Shown here piece by piece: positions 52,838 through 62,316 of a stretch of 64,000 nucleotides of DNA; position 1 is the stretch's first letter, and every line of letters begins with the position of its first letter. The notes beneath the pieces are model-generated. The model made no database searches, was not told the DNA's origin, and saw only the letters and a list, made by a program, of their open reading frames with translations. This DNA is from Candidatus Marinacidobacterales bacterium. GTDB lineage: Bacteria; Acidobacteriota; Vicinamibacteria; Marinacidobacterales; SMYC01. The stretch spans positions 512,001 to 576,000 of the forward strand of contig OZ250169.1 in NCBI GenBank assembly GCA_965237955.1. Reading direction: 5' to 3'. Both the position numbers and the translations under genes were made by a program.

Positions 52838-53526
52838 CGGCGGCTCGACGCGTCCTTCTCGTCGAGGACGAGCCCGGGCTCGTGATGACCTTGACGGATC
52901 GATTGAAGAGCGAAGGTTACCGGGTCGAAGCTGCGCGGGAAGGGGACGGGGCTCTCGAGATGGCGACGGCCGAGCCCTTCGATGTCATTCTGCTCGACGT
53001 CATGTTGCCGGGGAGAAGCGGCTTCGACGTTTGTCGTGAGCTCCGAGCCCGTGGTGTGGACACGCCGATTCTATTCCTCAGCGCACGAGGCGAGATCGCC
53101 GACAAAATCGTGGGACTGCAGCTCGGCGCGGACGACTATCTCACCAAACCGTTCGACATGATGGAGCTCGTGGCTCGTGTCGAGGCTCTTCTGCGGCGAA
53201 AACCGCTGCCTGAGAGATCCGGACCGGGTCGCTATAGCTTCGGCGATGTCGTCGTCGACTTTCGCAAGGCGGAAGTCGTTCGTGGGGGCGAGCCGGTCGA
53301 ATTGTCCGCCTTGGAGTTCAAGCTCCTTCGATACTTCATCGAAAATCGCGAGGCGACTCTGAGTCGGGACGAGCTGCTGAGTCGTGTTTGGGGCTACGAC
53401 CAGATGCCCTACTCGCGAACCGTGGACGTGCACGTGTCCGGACTCCGGCAGAAGATCGAGCCCAAGCCCTCCAGTCCAGAGTACATCGTGACGGTCCATC
53501 GACTCGGATACAAGTTTCTGGGCTAA
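52834..53526 (+). CDS. OmpR/PhoB-family response regulator
   Basis: VEDE, LLDVMLP, GADDYLTKPF, RTVDVHV, TVHRLGYKF. Confidence 0.95.
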   Translation: MTAARRVLLVEDEPGLVMTLTDRLKSEGYRVEAAREGDGALEMATAEPFDVILLDVMLPGRSGFDVCRELRARGVDTPILFLSARGEIADKIVGLQLGADDYLTKPFDMMELVARVEALLRRKPLPERSGPGRYSFGDVVVDFRKAEVVRGGEPVELSALEFKLLRYFIENREATLSRDELLSRVWGYDQMPYSRTVDVHVSGLRQKIEPKPSSPEYIVTVHRLGYKFLG

Positions 53527-53575
53527 CCCTAGGCATCGCCGCCAATCAGGGGCGATGGATGACTCTCCAGATCCC

Positions 53576-53678
53576 GGCCTGTGCCAAAACTCGGCCCTTT
53601 CGAAATAGACGATAAATCAGCAGCTTAGTGTTTGTGTTTGCGACCGGGCCAAGGGCCGTAGGCTTTACAATCGTCTGG
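53576..53678 (+). mobile_element. Orphan left end of IS family A (variant)
   Basis: About 100 bp matching the family A leader through GGCTTTACAATCGTCTGG. Confidence 0.85.
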
Positions 53679-53933
53679 AGTTGTTCTCAGATTGTGCGGT
53701 CGCGGCACTGGTACGAAGCCCATCGGCCTGAAGCCCATCAACGACGGCGAGAAGCCTACGCGAAGGAGGTCAAGGCGAAGTGAAGTATCCGCGGGCGAAG
53801 ATCACCACACGCCCGCAGCACCCGCGAGGGCGATGAGCTGAAGTGGGCGACCGGACGTCTTATGTGCTCGCTAGATTTAGGATTCTTGGGAGTCGTGTCG
53901 CCCGCAGGTTTCGAGACATCGAGCGCCTAAAAG

Positions 53934-54272
53934 CTATCCCAGAACGTCCACGTAGGAAGTCTCATCGAAGCCGACCAGCAACGTTTTCCCGACCAGCAGC
54001 GTAGGGGCACGCAGGTTTCCCGTCGGCCCTAAGAGCGTGTCCACGATTTCCTTGGACGGCTTCCCGCCGGGAAAGATTTGGACTTTCTTGCCCTTGGCGA
54101 CGATGACTTTTTGGGCGGCTTTGATGAGCGCCGCAGCGTCTTTGCGGCTCAGTTTTTTCGAGGCAGAGACAACTTCCTTCGCTTCGATTTTCTTGGCGTC
54201 CATGAACTTGGACGCTCGGCGACAGCTTGTTCACCCGTTGCGGTGGTAGTACCAGTCGACTTGCTTCGGCAT
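53934..54272 (-). CDS. ArsC/Spx-like thioredoxin-fold selenoprotein (UxxC), 112 aa
   Basis: ATG at 54272 gives MPKQVDWYYHRNG-TGA-TSCRRASKFMDAKK..., in frame with LLGPTGNLRAPTL..GKTLLVGFD. A hairpin lies 15 nt after the TGA. Confidence 0.85.
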
Positions 54273-54407
54273 CCCTCTTTGTCACCCTCTTGTTGTGCCC
54301 GACCCCGTGTTCAGGTTGAAAGTAGGAGCCCTATTCTATCAGTTACTATTGATGTTACCGAGCTGCCGGCCCTACTCGAGACAGAGAACGCGGGGAGCAT
54401 TCTAACG

Positions 54408-54520
54408 ATGTGTGGCCGTTTCACACAGAAGCTGACCTGGCGTCAGATGCACGACCTCTATAACCTGACAGCATCGGCGGCCCCGCTGAATCTGCAGCCT
54501 CGCTACAATGGTGCACCGGA
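54408..54520 (+). pseudogene. SOS-response-associated peptidase (SRAP) N-terminal remnant
   Basis: MCGRF...PRYNGAP, then the similarity breaks. Confidence 0.75.
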
Positions 54521-54529
54521 GGGGGCAAG

Positions 54530-54782
54530 GGCCACTGCAGGTCGCGCTTCTCGGCGACTCGTTTACTCATGGTGCTTGCGTGCCGCGCGAGGCATCAGTC
54601 GCCGGCCGTGTCCGCGCCGCATTTCCGGCCACGCTCAATCTCGGTATTGATGACACGGGGCCACTCCACCAATTGGGGATTTTCAGAGAATATGCCGTTT
54701 CTTTGCAGCCACAATTCGTCGTCTGGAATTGGTTCGAGGGCAACGATTTGCCTGACCTTCGCAGAAACCTCATCTGGGTACC
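54530..54782 (+). pseudogene. SGNH/GDSL hydrolase internal remnant
   Basis: VALLGDSFTHG...LNLG....GP...FEGND, cut by an IS end. Confidence 0.65.
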
Positions 54783-56128
54783 TGTCCTTCATCATTATTG
54801 ATCCAGCGGGAATGGTACCGCTGGTGGCCATACGACGAACGAAGAAACCCGGGTCGGCGCGCGCGGGCACTTGCCGAGATCACGCGATCAATGGGCCGCG
54901 GAGCTGGACAACGCAATCGCGAGGGACCCCAGCAATCGACGCGCAGCGACTAAACTGGCTCAGGCGGCGTCGCGCCATTCGTAGCGGTGGTGGAGCCCAC
55001 CCACTCGCGGCAACGCGACGACTTTTGCGGTCGGTGATGGTCGGGGCGTGACGGGTCTTGAGTTCGGGGTGTCTTTGTCGAGACCCAAGTGGCAACGGTC
55101 CTCGTGGTAGTAGCTGATGTACAAGCGCATGAGCCGGACGAGATGCCGCTCACTGAGGACAACTACATGCTCTAACATCTCGCGGCGGCAGTTTCCGATC
55201 CAGCGTTCGGCGGTACCGTTTTGCCAAGGGCTGCGATAAGAAATGCGAACAGGCTTTGTGCCCATGGCCCTGATGAACTCCACCACTGCAGGGCTGAAAA
55301 TCGCGTCGCGGTCAAAGACCAAGTATCGTGGTGCCGTGTCGTATGGGAACGCCTCGCGCAGTTGTTGAATCACCCACGCTGACGTGGGGTTGTGCGTCGC
55401 GTTGAAGTGCAAGATATGGCGACGGCCGTGCTCGATGACGAAGAAGCCGTACAGCAGCCGTAGCGACGCCGTCGGTACGGCGAACAGATCCATCGCGGCG
55501 ATGTCGTCCTTGTGGTTCCGCAAGAACGCAATCCATCGCTTCACTTCGTCGGGTTCGGCTCGGCGGCGCGGCATGTATCGCGACACCGTCATCTCGCTGA
55601 CAACGAATCCGAGCTTCGTCAGCTCAGCGTGGATACGAGGTGCACCCCAGCCGTCTTGGGCCATCGTGCGGACGAGACGACGAATCTCGGCATCAATCCG
55701 AGGTCGACCTGGATAGCGCGGACGGGAGATCCGAGCCCAGTATCGGCGGAACCGATCTCGATTCCACCGGGCGACCGTGTCGGCGTTCACGATAACGAGC
55801 CGGCTCGCCCACGCTGGCCACGAGCTTCGGAGCGCAACCCAGAATGCTCGGTCCGTGTCCTCGAGCGGTGGCCGGGGGCGCTCCTTCTTCAACGCCGTAA
55901 CTTGCTGCCGCAGGGCCAGGTTTTCAATCACGAGGTCGGCTCGGCGCCGACACATCGCCCGGATCGCACGGGCGCCGAGTGAGACGAGGAAGATGAGGAC
56001 ACGGAGCATGGCGGCAGAGTTTGCCGTCTCAAGACCGGGATCTCAAGCGGGAGATGCGCTCGTTGGCCGAGGCGTGAACGGTGCGTAAGTCCTTGATTTC
56101 AGGAGCGGACGGATATTGATGATGCACA
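54783..56128 (-). mobile_element. IS family B copy 3 (1346 bp)
   Basis: Near-identical to copy 1; no target duplication. Confidence 0.9.
54960..56009 (-). CDS. Integrase-core (DDE) transposase, family B
   Basis: Same protein as 14957-16006, with two substitutions. Confidence 0.9.
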   Translation of the reverse strand: MLRVLIFLVSLGARAIRAMCRRRADLVIENLALRQQVTALKKERPRPPLEDTDRAFWVALRSSWPAWASRLVIVNADTVARWNRDRFRRYWARISRPRYPGRPRIDAEIRRLVRTMAQDGWGAPRIHAELTKLGFVVSEMTVSRYMPRRRAEPDEVKRWIAFLRNHKDDIAAMDLFAVPTASLRLLYGFFVIEHGRRHILHFNATHNPTSAWVIQQLREAFPYDTAPRYLVFDRDAIFSPAVVEFIRAMGTKPVRISYRSPWQNGTAERWIGNCRREMLEHVVVLSERHLVRLMRLYISYYHEDRCHLGLDKDTPNSRPVTPRPSPTAKVVALPRVGGLHHRYEWRDAA

Positions 56129-56559
56129 AGCGCGCGTTGAACATTCAGGGACATCTACTTGAGTGGCAGGCTAGCCCTGAACAGTATAGGGCAGTGCTGG
56201 CGGTGAACGGCGAGGACGTGGTGCAGCACCGCATCGCGATACCGACCCGCACGAATGCCATTGTAACCGTGCCCGATATTAGCGAAAACGAGTCCACTGC
56301 CCAAAACCTCCCAGCACTGGAGACTGAAGCCGATGTGGAGACCGCGATGAGTCAAGAAAGCACGCGGAATCTCGTGTTCCGCTTTTGGAACCTAACCATC
56401 AGCCAACGCCGCGAGGTCGCTCTGCGACTGAGTTTGATTGACGAGGCGGAGCTGACCCTTCCAGAACCCGAGCGATATGGCCTCGCCTTGTCGCGGGCAG
56501 GTGAGCGCGAGATTCTGGACCAGCTAGCGCACGAAGTCGCGGAAATGGAAGAACACTAG
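56129..56559 (+). pseudogene. C-terminal remnant of an effector with a GTPase-associated adaptor domain (GAAD-like)
   Basis: RNLVFRFWNLTISQRREVALRLSLI...ERY..AL.RA...LDQLAHEV. The ORF track's ATGs lie inside the IS end, and the stop overlaps the next gene. Confidence 0.65.
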
Positions 56560-57668
56560 TGGCCAAAAAAAATCAGCTTCCGATGCATATGGATTTTCCT
56601 CGCTGGCACAATTCCATCGCGCTCGGTAGAGATCAGTCACTTCAACAGTCGCGATGGGCCGGCGTGAGCGCTCTAGTCAAGGCCGCGAAAACCAGCCAAG
56701 ATATTGAGGGCTTGATCCGACTGGCTTTCAAGAGTCGCCAGCAGGCCGAGGTGGTTAAGATAAATAAGATACGACAAGCCTTTTACAGCACAGACCCGAC
56801 GTTCGAGATGGACGGTAATGATCGCGAGCTCCAAGTACTAGCCGCGTCAACGCTAGCTGTCTTGATGTTGCAAGACGGCGACGTAGGTGCCGAGGCGGCG
56901 TTGGCTACGACAACTGCCTCACTTGCGGGCGCGCGCAAGCCCGATTTGCCAATGGATCTGAGCGTCCTTGCTAAAGGAGCCATCGATCAAGCGGCAGAGA
57001 CCAATCGCAAACGGCCGGCCCTTGCTGCGAATCGGCAATTGAGTGCACCGAGTCTCGACTTTGGAGAAGCAAGGAGAAAGACGACGGAACAACCGGATGG
57101 AGCGGGGTTTGCAGAAGCATTCAAATTAGCGGCAGCAGACGTGAATAGGGCATTAGCCAAAATGACCGAGCAGCAAGCTAGTCGGGCGGACGACCTATCC
57201 AGAATCCTACGAGTTCAAGACGAAGAGATCCAAATGCTCTGGTGGCTAACCGGTCGGCGAAGCTTCGATCTTGACTGTAGTTTCGACACTGTGCCTGTGG
57301 AAGCCAGGCCGCTCGTCTTCGCCAAGGAACTGTCGGATAGTACGGAGTTCTTGCCAGGCCCAGGCTCAGTGAAGGGGTTACTGTCGCACGCAGGCCTTAA
57401 GGATCGTAAAAAGGTCGCGTTGTCTCACGTGATAAACGCAGCAGAAGTGGCATGGCTACGGACATTCATGTCTGAGTATGAACCGTCTCCGGTGTCCATG
57501 CCCATTCACTATGGGATTAAGCGTCAGCTCGAAACTGGCGTCGGAGATGCGTGGATTGCCGGCTGGGCGGCAGCAGTCGGCGTGGACAAGAACTTTGCAG
57601 TGTCGCCGCTCACGCTTGGCTTCCTGTTCTATTGTGAACGTTTGCTCATTCTCTTCCGTGATGAATGA
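56559..57668 (+). CDS. GTPase-associated all-helical protein (GASH-like)
   Basis: MHMDFPRW, DPTFEMDGNDRELQVLA, QDEEIQMLWWL, AKELS, FYCERLL; lies upstream of two GTPases. Confidence 0.75.
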   Translation: MAKKNQLPMHMDFPRWHNSIALGRDQSLQQSRWAGVSALVKAAKTSQDIEGLIRLAFKSRQQAEVVKINKIRQAFYSTDPTFEMDGNDRELQVLAASTLAVLMLQDGDVGAEAALATTTASLAGARKPDLPMDLSVLAKGAIDQAAETNRKRPALAANRQLSAPSLDFGEARRKTTEQPDGAGFAEAFKLAAADVNRALAKMTEQQASRADDLSRILRVQDEEIQMLWWLTGRRSFDLDCSFDTVPVEARPLVFAKELSDSTEFLPGPGSVKGLLSHAGLKDRKKVALSHVINAAEVAWLRTFMSEYEPSPVSMPIHYGIKRQLETGVGDAWIAGWAAAVGVDKNFAVSPLTLGFLFYCERLLILFRDE

Positions 57669-58708
57669 CACCCATGTCCAAAGACGATGATGCGAATGTC
57701 GTTTGCACGAATTCGGATTGCTCGGTTGCTGAAACAGGGAAATGTGTAGAGGGATTTGAGACGGTCGCATGTCCTCATTTTGGCCAGACGCCATCCAAGG
57801 TCACCAAAGACGAAACCACTCCAGCCATATCAAAGGCCTCAGAAGAGAGTATCCGGCTACCTAGCGCCACAACGCTTACAATCGCTGATGCTGCTAGGCT
57901 ATTGCGCGCGGGAGACACTCGCATTATCGCAATCATCGGACCGAGAGATGCCGGTAAAACTAGTTTAATCGCTAGCCTTTACGACCTCTTCCAGGAGGGG
58001 CCGGTTTCTGGAGTCGAGTTTGCTCGATCCCGTACCTTGCACGCCTTCGAACAAACCTGCCATGACGCGCGCGCCGCTTCTCGAAGGAACGTGCCTCACA
58101 TCAATCGGACCCCTCTGGGTGAAGTGAGATTCTACCACCTTGACATTAGAGGTGGCCCGGCTGGGGAATCACTCTCGCTCGCGATGGGCGACCGCGCCGG
58201 TGAGGAATATTGCAACGCTACAGACGATACAACGATCGTGTCTGGTTTTCCGGAAGTTCGGCGCGCCGACTCCTTAACTCTATTGGTCGATGGCCGCCGC
58301 CTGGTCGACAACGGCAGACGCCACAACCTGCGCAGCGAGATCAAGATGATCGTTCAATCGCTGGTGGACGGAGACGCCGTGCAACTCGGTCAGCGCTTGG
58401 CAGTCGTCTTGACGAAGATCGATATCGTCCAGGCTTCGACCCGTTGCGCACGCGCCGAAAGTGATTTCCAGAACCTTTTGTCCAGCCTCGAGAAACTGTT
58501 TAGTCATGTATTTTCGACAATTGAGCCATTTATGATTGCGGCTTCCCCAAAGACTGATGCTGTGCCACGTGGGACGGGCGTGCCTGAACTCCTTACGTTC
58601 TGGCTCAAGCGTGCGATAGTCACGCCAACCGCTCCACCATCAAAGCCTTCATTCGAACGTGCGTTTGCAAGGTTGCAGCCCCTCGATGACGTGGAGGGGG
58701 AAGCATGA
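57665..58708 (+). CDS. TRAFAC-clade GTPase (double-GTPase 2-like) with Cys-rich N-terminus
   Basis: GPRDAGKT (G1), RT (G2), DRAGE (G3), TKID (G4); CTNSDC...C...CPHF N-terminus. Confidence 0.85.
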   Translation: MTPMSKDDDANVVCTNSDCSVAETGKCVEGFETVACPHFGQTPSKVTKDETTPAISKASEESIRLPSATTLTIADAARLLRAGDTRIIAIIGPRDAGKTSLIASLYDLFQEGPVSGVEFARSRTLHAFEQTCHDARAASRRNVPHINRTPLGEVRFYHLDIRGGPAGESLSLAMGDRAGEEYCNATDDTTIVSGFPEVRRADSLTLLVDGRRLVDNGRRHNLRSEIKMIVQSLVDGDAVQLGQRLAVVLTKIDIVQASTRCARAESDFQNLLSSLEKLFSHVFSTIEPFMIAASPKTDAVPRGTGVPELLTFWLKRAIVTPTAPPSKPSFERAFARLQPLDDVEGEA

Positions 58709-59565
58709 ACGAACGTTCCGTTGTCATCATCGGACTTCCAGAATCCGGCAAGACAACGTTTCTAGCTGCGCTGTGGCACTTAATCACAGCACGTGACGTT
58801 GAAACGATTTTACGCTTCCACACGCTGCGCGACGGCGAAAGCTCGCACCTCAATGCGATCGCTGCGCGCTGGCGAGATGCCAAGGTCCAAGATCGAACGG
58901 CCCTTGGCGGCAATCAGCTAGTCAGCATGAACTTGCAGGACGTAGGCGGCACACCGATTCGCGTCACCTTTCCCGATGTGGACGGCGAAGTCTATCGGCG
59001 GATTTGGGAGGAGCGAGATTGTGAGGCAGACATCGCGGACATCTTGAAGGCCACAGGCGTTCTGCTCTTTATCCACGCCGACACAATCCGCCAACCGAAG
59101 TGGGTTATTGATGAGGTCGCGCTATCGAAAGACCTCGGTTTGACGGTCCAGAACGGGGAAGATGTAGCATGGCACCCTAGGCTCGCTCCCACACAAGTTA
59201 AATTGGTGGATTTGCTCCAACTTCTTTTCACCGAATCGCTCAACGTTGGGCCTCGGCGCCTAGCCATAATGCTTTCGGCATGGGATAAAGCGGTCGGCGA
59301 ACATCTGTCTCCACAAGACTACCTCGAAGCAAAGTTGCCTCTATTTTCGCAGTATCTACGTCAGGGTGCTGATAGATGGACGTGGCGCACCTACGGCGTG
59401 AGTGCTCAAGGTGGCGAGTACGACCCAATCGAACCTGGTCACGCAGGCAGGAAGGAAGCTGAGGAACTGCGCGATCTCGATTGTGCATCAACGCGCATCC
59501 GCCTCATTTGCAGCACCCAGGAGACGCACGACTTAACGGACCCGCTCGCATGGCTCATCGAGTAA
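58705..59565 (+). CDS. TRAFAC-clade GTPase (double-GTPase 1-like)
   Basis: GLPESGKTTFLAALW, RT, DVDGE, SAWD, GVSAQG. Confidence 0.85.
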   Translation: MNERSVVIIGLPESGKTTFLAALWHLITARDVETILRFHTLRDGESSHLNAIAARWRDAKVQDRTALGGNQLVSMNLQDVGGTPIRVTFPDVDGEVYRRIWEERDCEADIADILKATGVLLFIHADTIRQPKWVIDEVALSKDLGLTVQNGEDVAWHPRLAPTQVKLVDLLQLLFTESLNVGPRRLAIMLSAWDKAVGEHLSPQDYLEAKLPLFSQYLRQGADRWTWRTYGVSAQGGEYDPIEPGHAGRKEAEELRDLDCASTRIRLICSTQETHDLTDPLAWLIE

Positions 59566-61625
59566 GACTCGATAATACGACCCTGAAAATTCACCAAGCT
59601 CTCCACGGCTACGCCGATGGGCATCGGCAACTCGCAGCGTCCGTCCAGCTTGAACCGCGTGACATAAAGTTGATGCTCGTGCTCAGCGACCTATCAGGTC
59701 CGGGCACACGCATCGATGATCGTGGCTATCTGACCGGCTATCCCTTACCTGAATCCAGGATGTATGCCTTGGCGCGCACTTGGGCGGCGCCGGAAATGCC
59801 TCGTCCGGGATGCGTCTGGACGCATACTCTTTTGATCGGTTTTTCTGAACTTGCTGAACTGGCGGATCCAGTCTCGATTGCGTCTCTGTTTCGCCGGCCA
59901 GATATGAGCAATATCGCCGGCTTCGCGTCTGAGCTATCCCTCTCTGTCGGAAGCCCTTTGGACCTCGACACCTACGAATTAGACTTTGCCAGGCCGCTTC
60001 TAGCAGCTCTATACGAAGAACCGCACGGTCGGGTAATTGCGGCGCGCCCGCCTACACTGGATGTTGATTCTGTCGTAATGGCGGTGTGGACGCAGCAATG
60101 GCCGAGGCTGCGCCGAGCGTTCCGCTTTTGCACAGCGTCAACAGCTGACCGCTCGACTGATTCGAACGCCTTTGACCTTCAGCTTCTGCCGTCACTGGAC
60201 CGAAGCGTCCGGTCACGTTTTGCGAACGCAGTCGAAGCCGACGTCTTTGCGTCACTGAAGGAAGAGTGGCTAGACGACACAGTGCTGGATCTCGCGCAGG
60301 CTGATATCGGAGGGTTGCGAACATTCTTGCGGCGCGCCGGGGGCGATATCGAATCAGGGCGCGAGGCGTTTCGATCGTTGTGCCATCTCCATAGACTCGT
60401 TCAAGTACTCAACACAAGCAATGAGTCCATCGATACCGTTGTTTCACTGCTGGACGGTGAATTCGGCCCGATGCAGGCCAGGAACGTTCGTGGAGTCGTT
60501 GCCACCGCCGCCATTGAACGATCCGGCGAACTCGATGACCAAGCGCTCGACTTTCTGGTTCGCCATTTGGAATTGGCTGCGCCGGAATCTGTGTCCACGA
60601 ACAGTGGGAGTTTAGGCCGTGAAATCTGGAGGCGCCGCCCAGACCTTTTCACCAAGATGTACGAAGGCAACCACATGGAACGCATGGTCTCAGAAAGTGC
60701 TTTTGTGGCTCTCAGCATTGATGAGTTGGCGGAAGGCATTATGAAGACACCGAGGCTCGCCATTGTCGCGCTGACTCACCGTCCCGATCTTGTAGGACAC
60801 ACCAAATTCTGGTCGCGCGATGTTGTTCCGGTTGATGCGGCGTTCGCGGTTCTCAGCGAATTCTGTGAATTGCGGCAGGCTGGTTTGAAAGCGATGGTGG
60901 CGGCCAAGCGCGATGACTTGGCTGCAAGGGCGGCCCGCGAAATCCATCTGGTCGAACTTCTCCAAGCGATAGCTGGCGCGTTCGATAACGCAACCAATAG
61001 AGAGAATATCGGACCATGGCTTGCGACCGCAACATCCGACCCAGCAAAGGTCGCTCAGTTCTTTGTGCAAGGGCAAACCCTATCGTTACCGCTACTCACT
61101 GCAATCGCTCACGTGATTCCACCTGATGCCGTTCCGAACGATTATGGTGAAGATCCTTGGTTGATTGCTATTCGTGCTTGGGAAGGTTCCGTGCCCAGAT
61201 GTGAATATTTGTTCCTCTCATCGTATCTCCTGAGTCGAGCGCTCGGTCAGCAATCGAACAACCCCGGCGAACTTGCTCAGAGTACCTTCGAGGCAATTCA
61301 TAAGGCAGTAAGCGTGGGTAGACTTCCTGAAGAAGCGTGGGCAATGCTTGAGAATAGGCTTCCGTGGTCGCGTAGCTGGATGTACTGGGACCGATGCGCA
61401 CAGATCCGCAGGGCTGTTGGAGACTTGTTTGTCGAGCGCAAGCTTTCCCCTGAATCGTTCTCTCGAATGGCAGATGACGATCAAGTATTCGCAATGACAG
61501 CTGAGACGGTCGCGCACCGCCGCCGCGGACGGACTTTCTTGAAGCGGGTACACGGCTGGCTGAAAGATGATGGCGCACAGCACAATGCTGCTCGAATTCT
61601 GATCATTGAGGAGCTCATCAATTAG
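59550..61625 (+). CDS. GTPase-associated protein 1 (GAP1-N1 domain protein)
   Basis: IHQALHGYADGHRQLA, DLSG, GYLTGYPL, ARTWAAPEMPRPGCVWTHTLLI, WTQQWPRLRRAFRFCT, WDRC. Confidence 0.8.
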   Translation: MAHRVRLDNTTLKIHQALHGYADGHRQLAASVQLEPRDIKLMLVLSDLSGPGTRIDDRGYLTGYPLPESRMYALARTWAAPEMPRPGCVWTHTLLIGFSELAELADPVSIASLFRRPDMSNIAGFASELSLSVGSPLDLDTYELDFARPLLAALYEEPHGRVIAARPPTLDVDSVVMAVWTQQWPRLRRAFRFCTASTADRSTDSNAFDLQLLPSLDRSVRSRFANAVEADVFASLKEEWLDDTVLDLAQADIGGLRTFLRRAGGDIESGREAFRSLCHLHRLVQVLNTSNESIDTVVSLLDGEFGPMQARNVRGVVATAAIERSGELDDQALDFLVRHLELAAPESVSTNSGSLGREIWRRRPDLFTKMYEGNHMERMVSESAFVALSIDELAEGIMKTPRLAIVALTHRPDLVGHTKFWSRDVVPVDAAFAVLSEFCELRQAGLKAMVAAKRDDLAARAAREIHLVELLQAIAGAFDNATNRENIGPWLATATSDPAKVAQFFVQGQTLSLPLLTAIAHVIPPDAVPNDYGEDPWLIAIRAWEGSVPRCEYLFLSSYLLSRALGQQSNNPGELAQSTFEAIHKAVSVGRLPEEAWAMLENRLPWSRSWMYWDRCAQIRRAVGDLFVERKLSPESFSRMADDDQVFAMTAETVAHRRRGRTFLKRVHGWLKDDGAQHNAARILIIEELIN

Positions 61626-61634
61626 GCGATGCCC

Positions 61635-62030
61635 GTCCTGTGCCAAAACTCGGCCCTTATCTCATCCAGTCGTTTCGCAGCGCCCACACCGGTGTGATCC
61701 GCAAAAAAGAAGATCGCGTACCGCTGGATCGACTTTTTGCGGAGCACAGGCCCACATCCACGCCGATGGTACGCAAAACGCCACAGAGGTCACCCGTCGG
61801 CGCGAGATCGCTCGCGTGTCCTTCATCATCATTATTACTGTATTAGTGTAGCCGGCACCGTGGGCGTCAGCGGAGGCAACGTCCGGCGCCGGCGCAGCGG
61901 GCTTCTGTTCAGGCTCTATCTTCTGGCGGAGCGGGGCCGTGCCAGGCACTATTCTCTCGCACCTCCCCGAGAACCCCGTCCTGTGCCAAAACTCGGCCCT
62001 TTTGAAATAGCCGATTAATCAACAGCTAAT
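61635..62030 (+). mobile_element. Cluster of orphan IS ends (family A left ends at 61635 and 61978; family-B-type right end near 61817)
   Basis: GTCCTGTGCCAAAACTCGGCCCTT occurs twice, plus TGTCCTTCATCATCATTATT. Confidence 0.8.
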
Positions 62031-62050
62031 TAGGATATGATTAACTACCT

Positions 62051-62235
62051 GCTATGCGTGGTCCACTTGACGGAGAAGCTTACAGATCATGCACTGGGCG
62101 TCCGCCAGGGTGACGAACCAGTGCTGGTTGAGGGATTCGTCGCGGAAACGACCGCTGAAGCTTTCGGCGAATGCGTTCTGTGGCGGTTTGCCGGGCTCGA
62201 TGAATCGGAGCTCGACCCCCTTTTCGTAGGCTCAG
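62051..62235. pseudogene. IS3-family remnants
   Basis: Right end matching 13697-13728, plus minus-strand FIEPGKPPQNAFAESFSGRFRDESLNQHWF. Confidence 0.75.
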
Positions 62236-62316
62236 GTTAGGATCTGAGCCGGGATACCGACATTGGCGAAACTCAGCCAGTGTCGAGGCGGTCGTAACAG
62301 AGCCGTATGTAAGACT

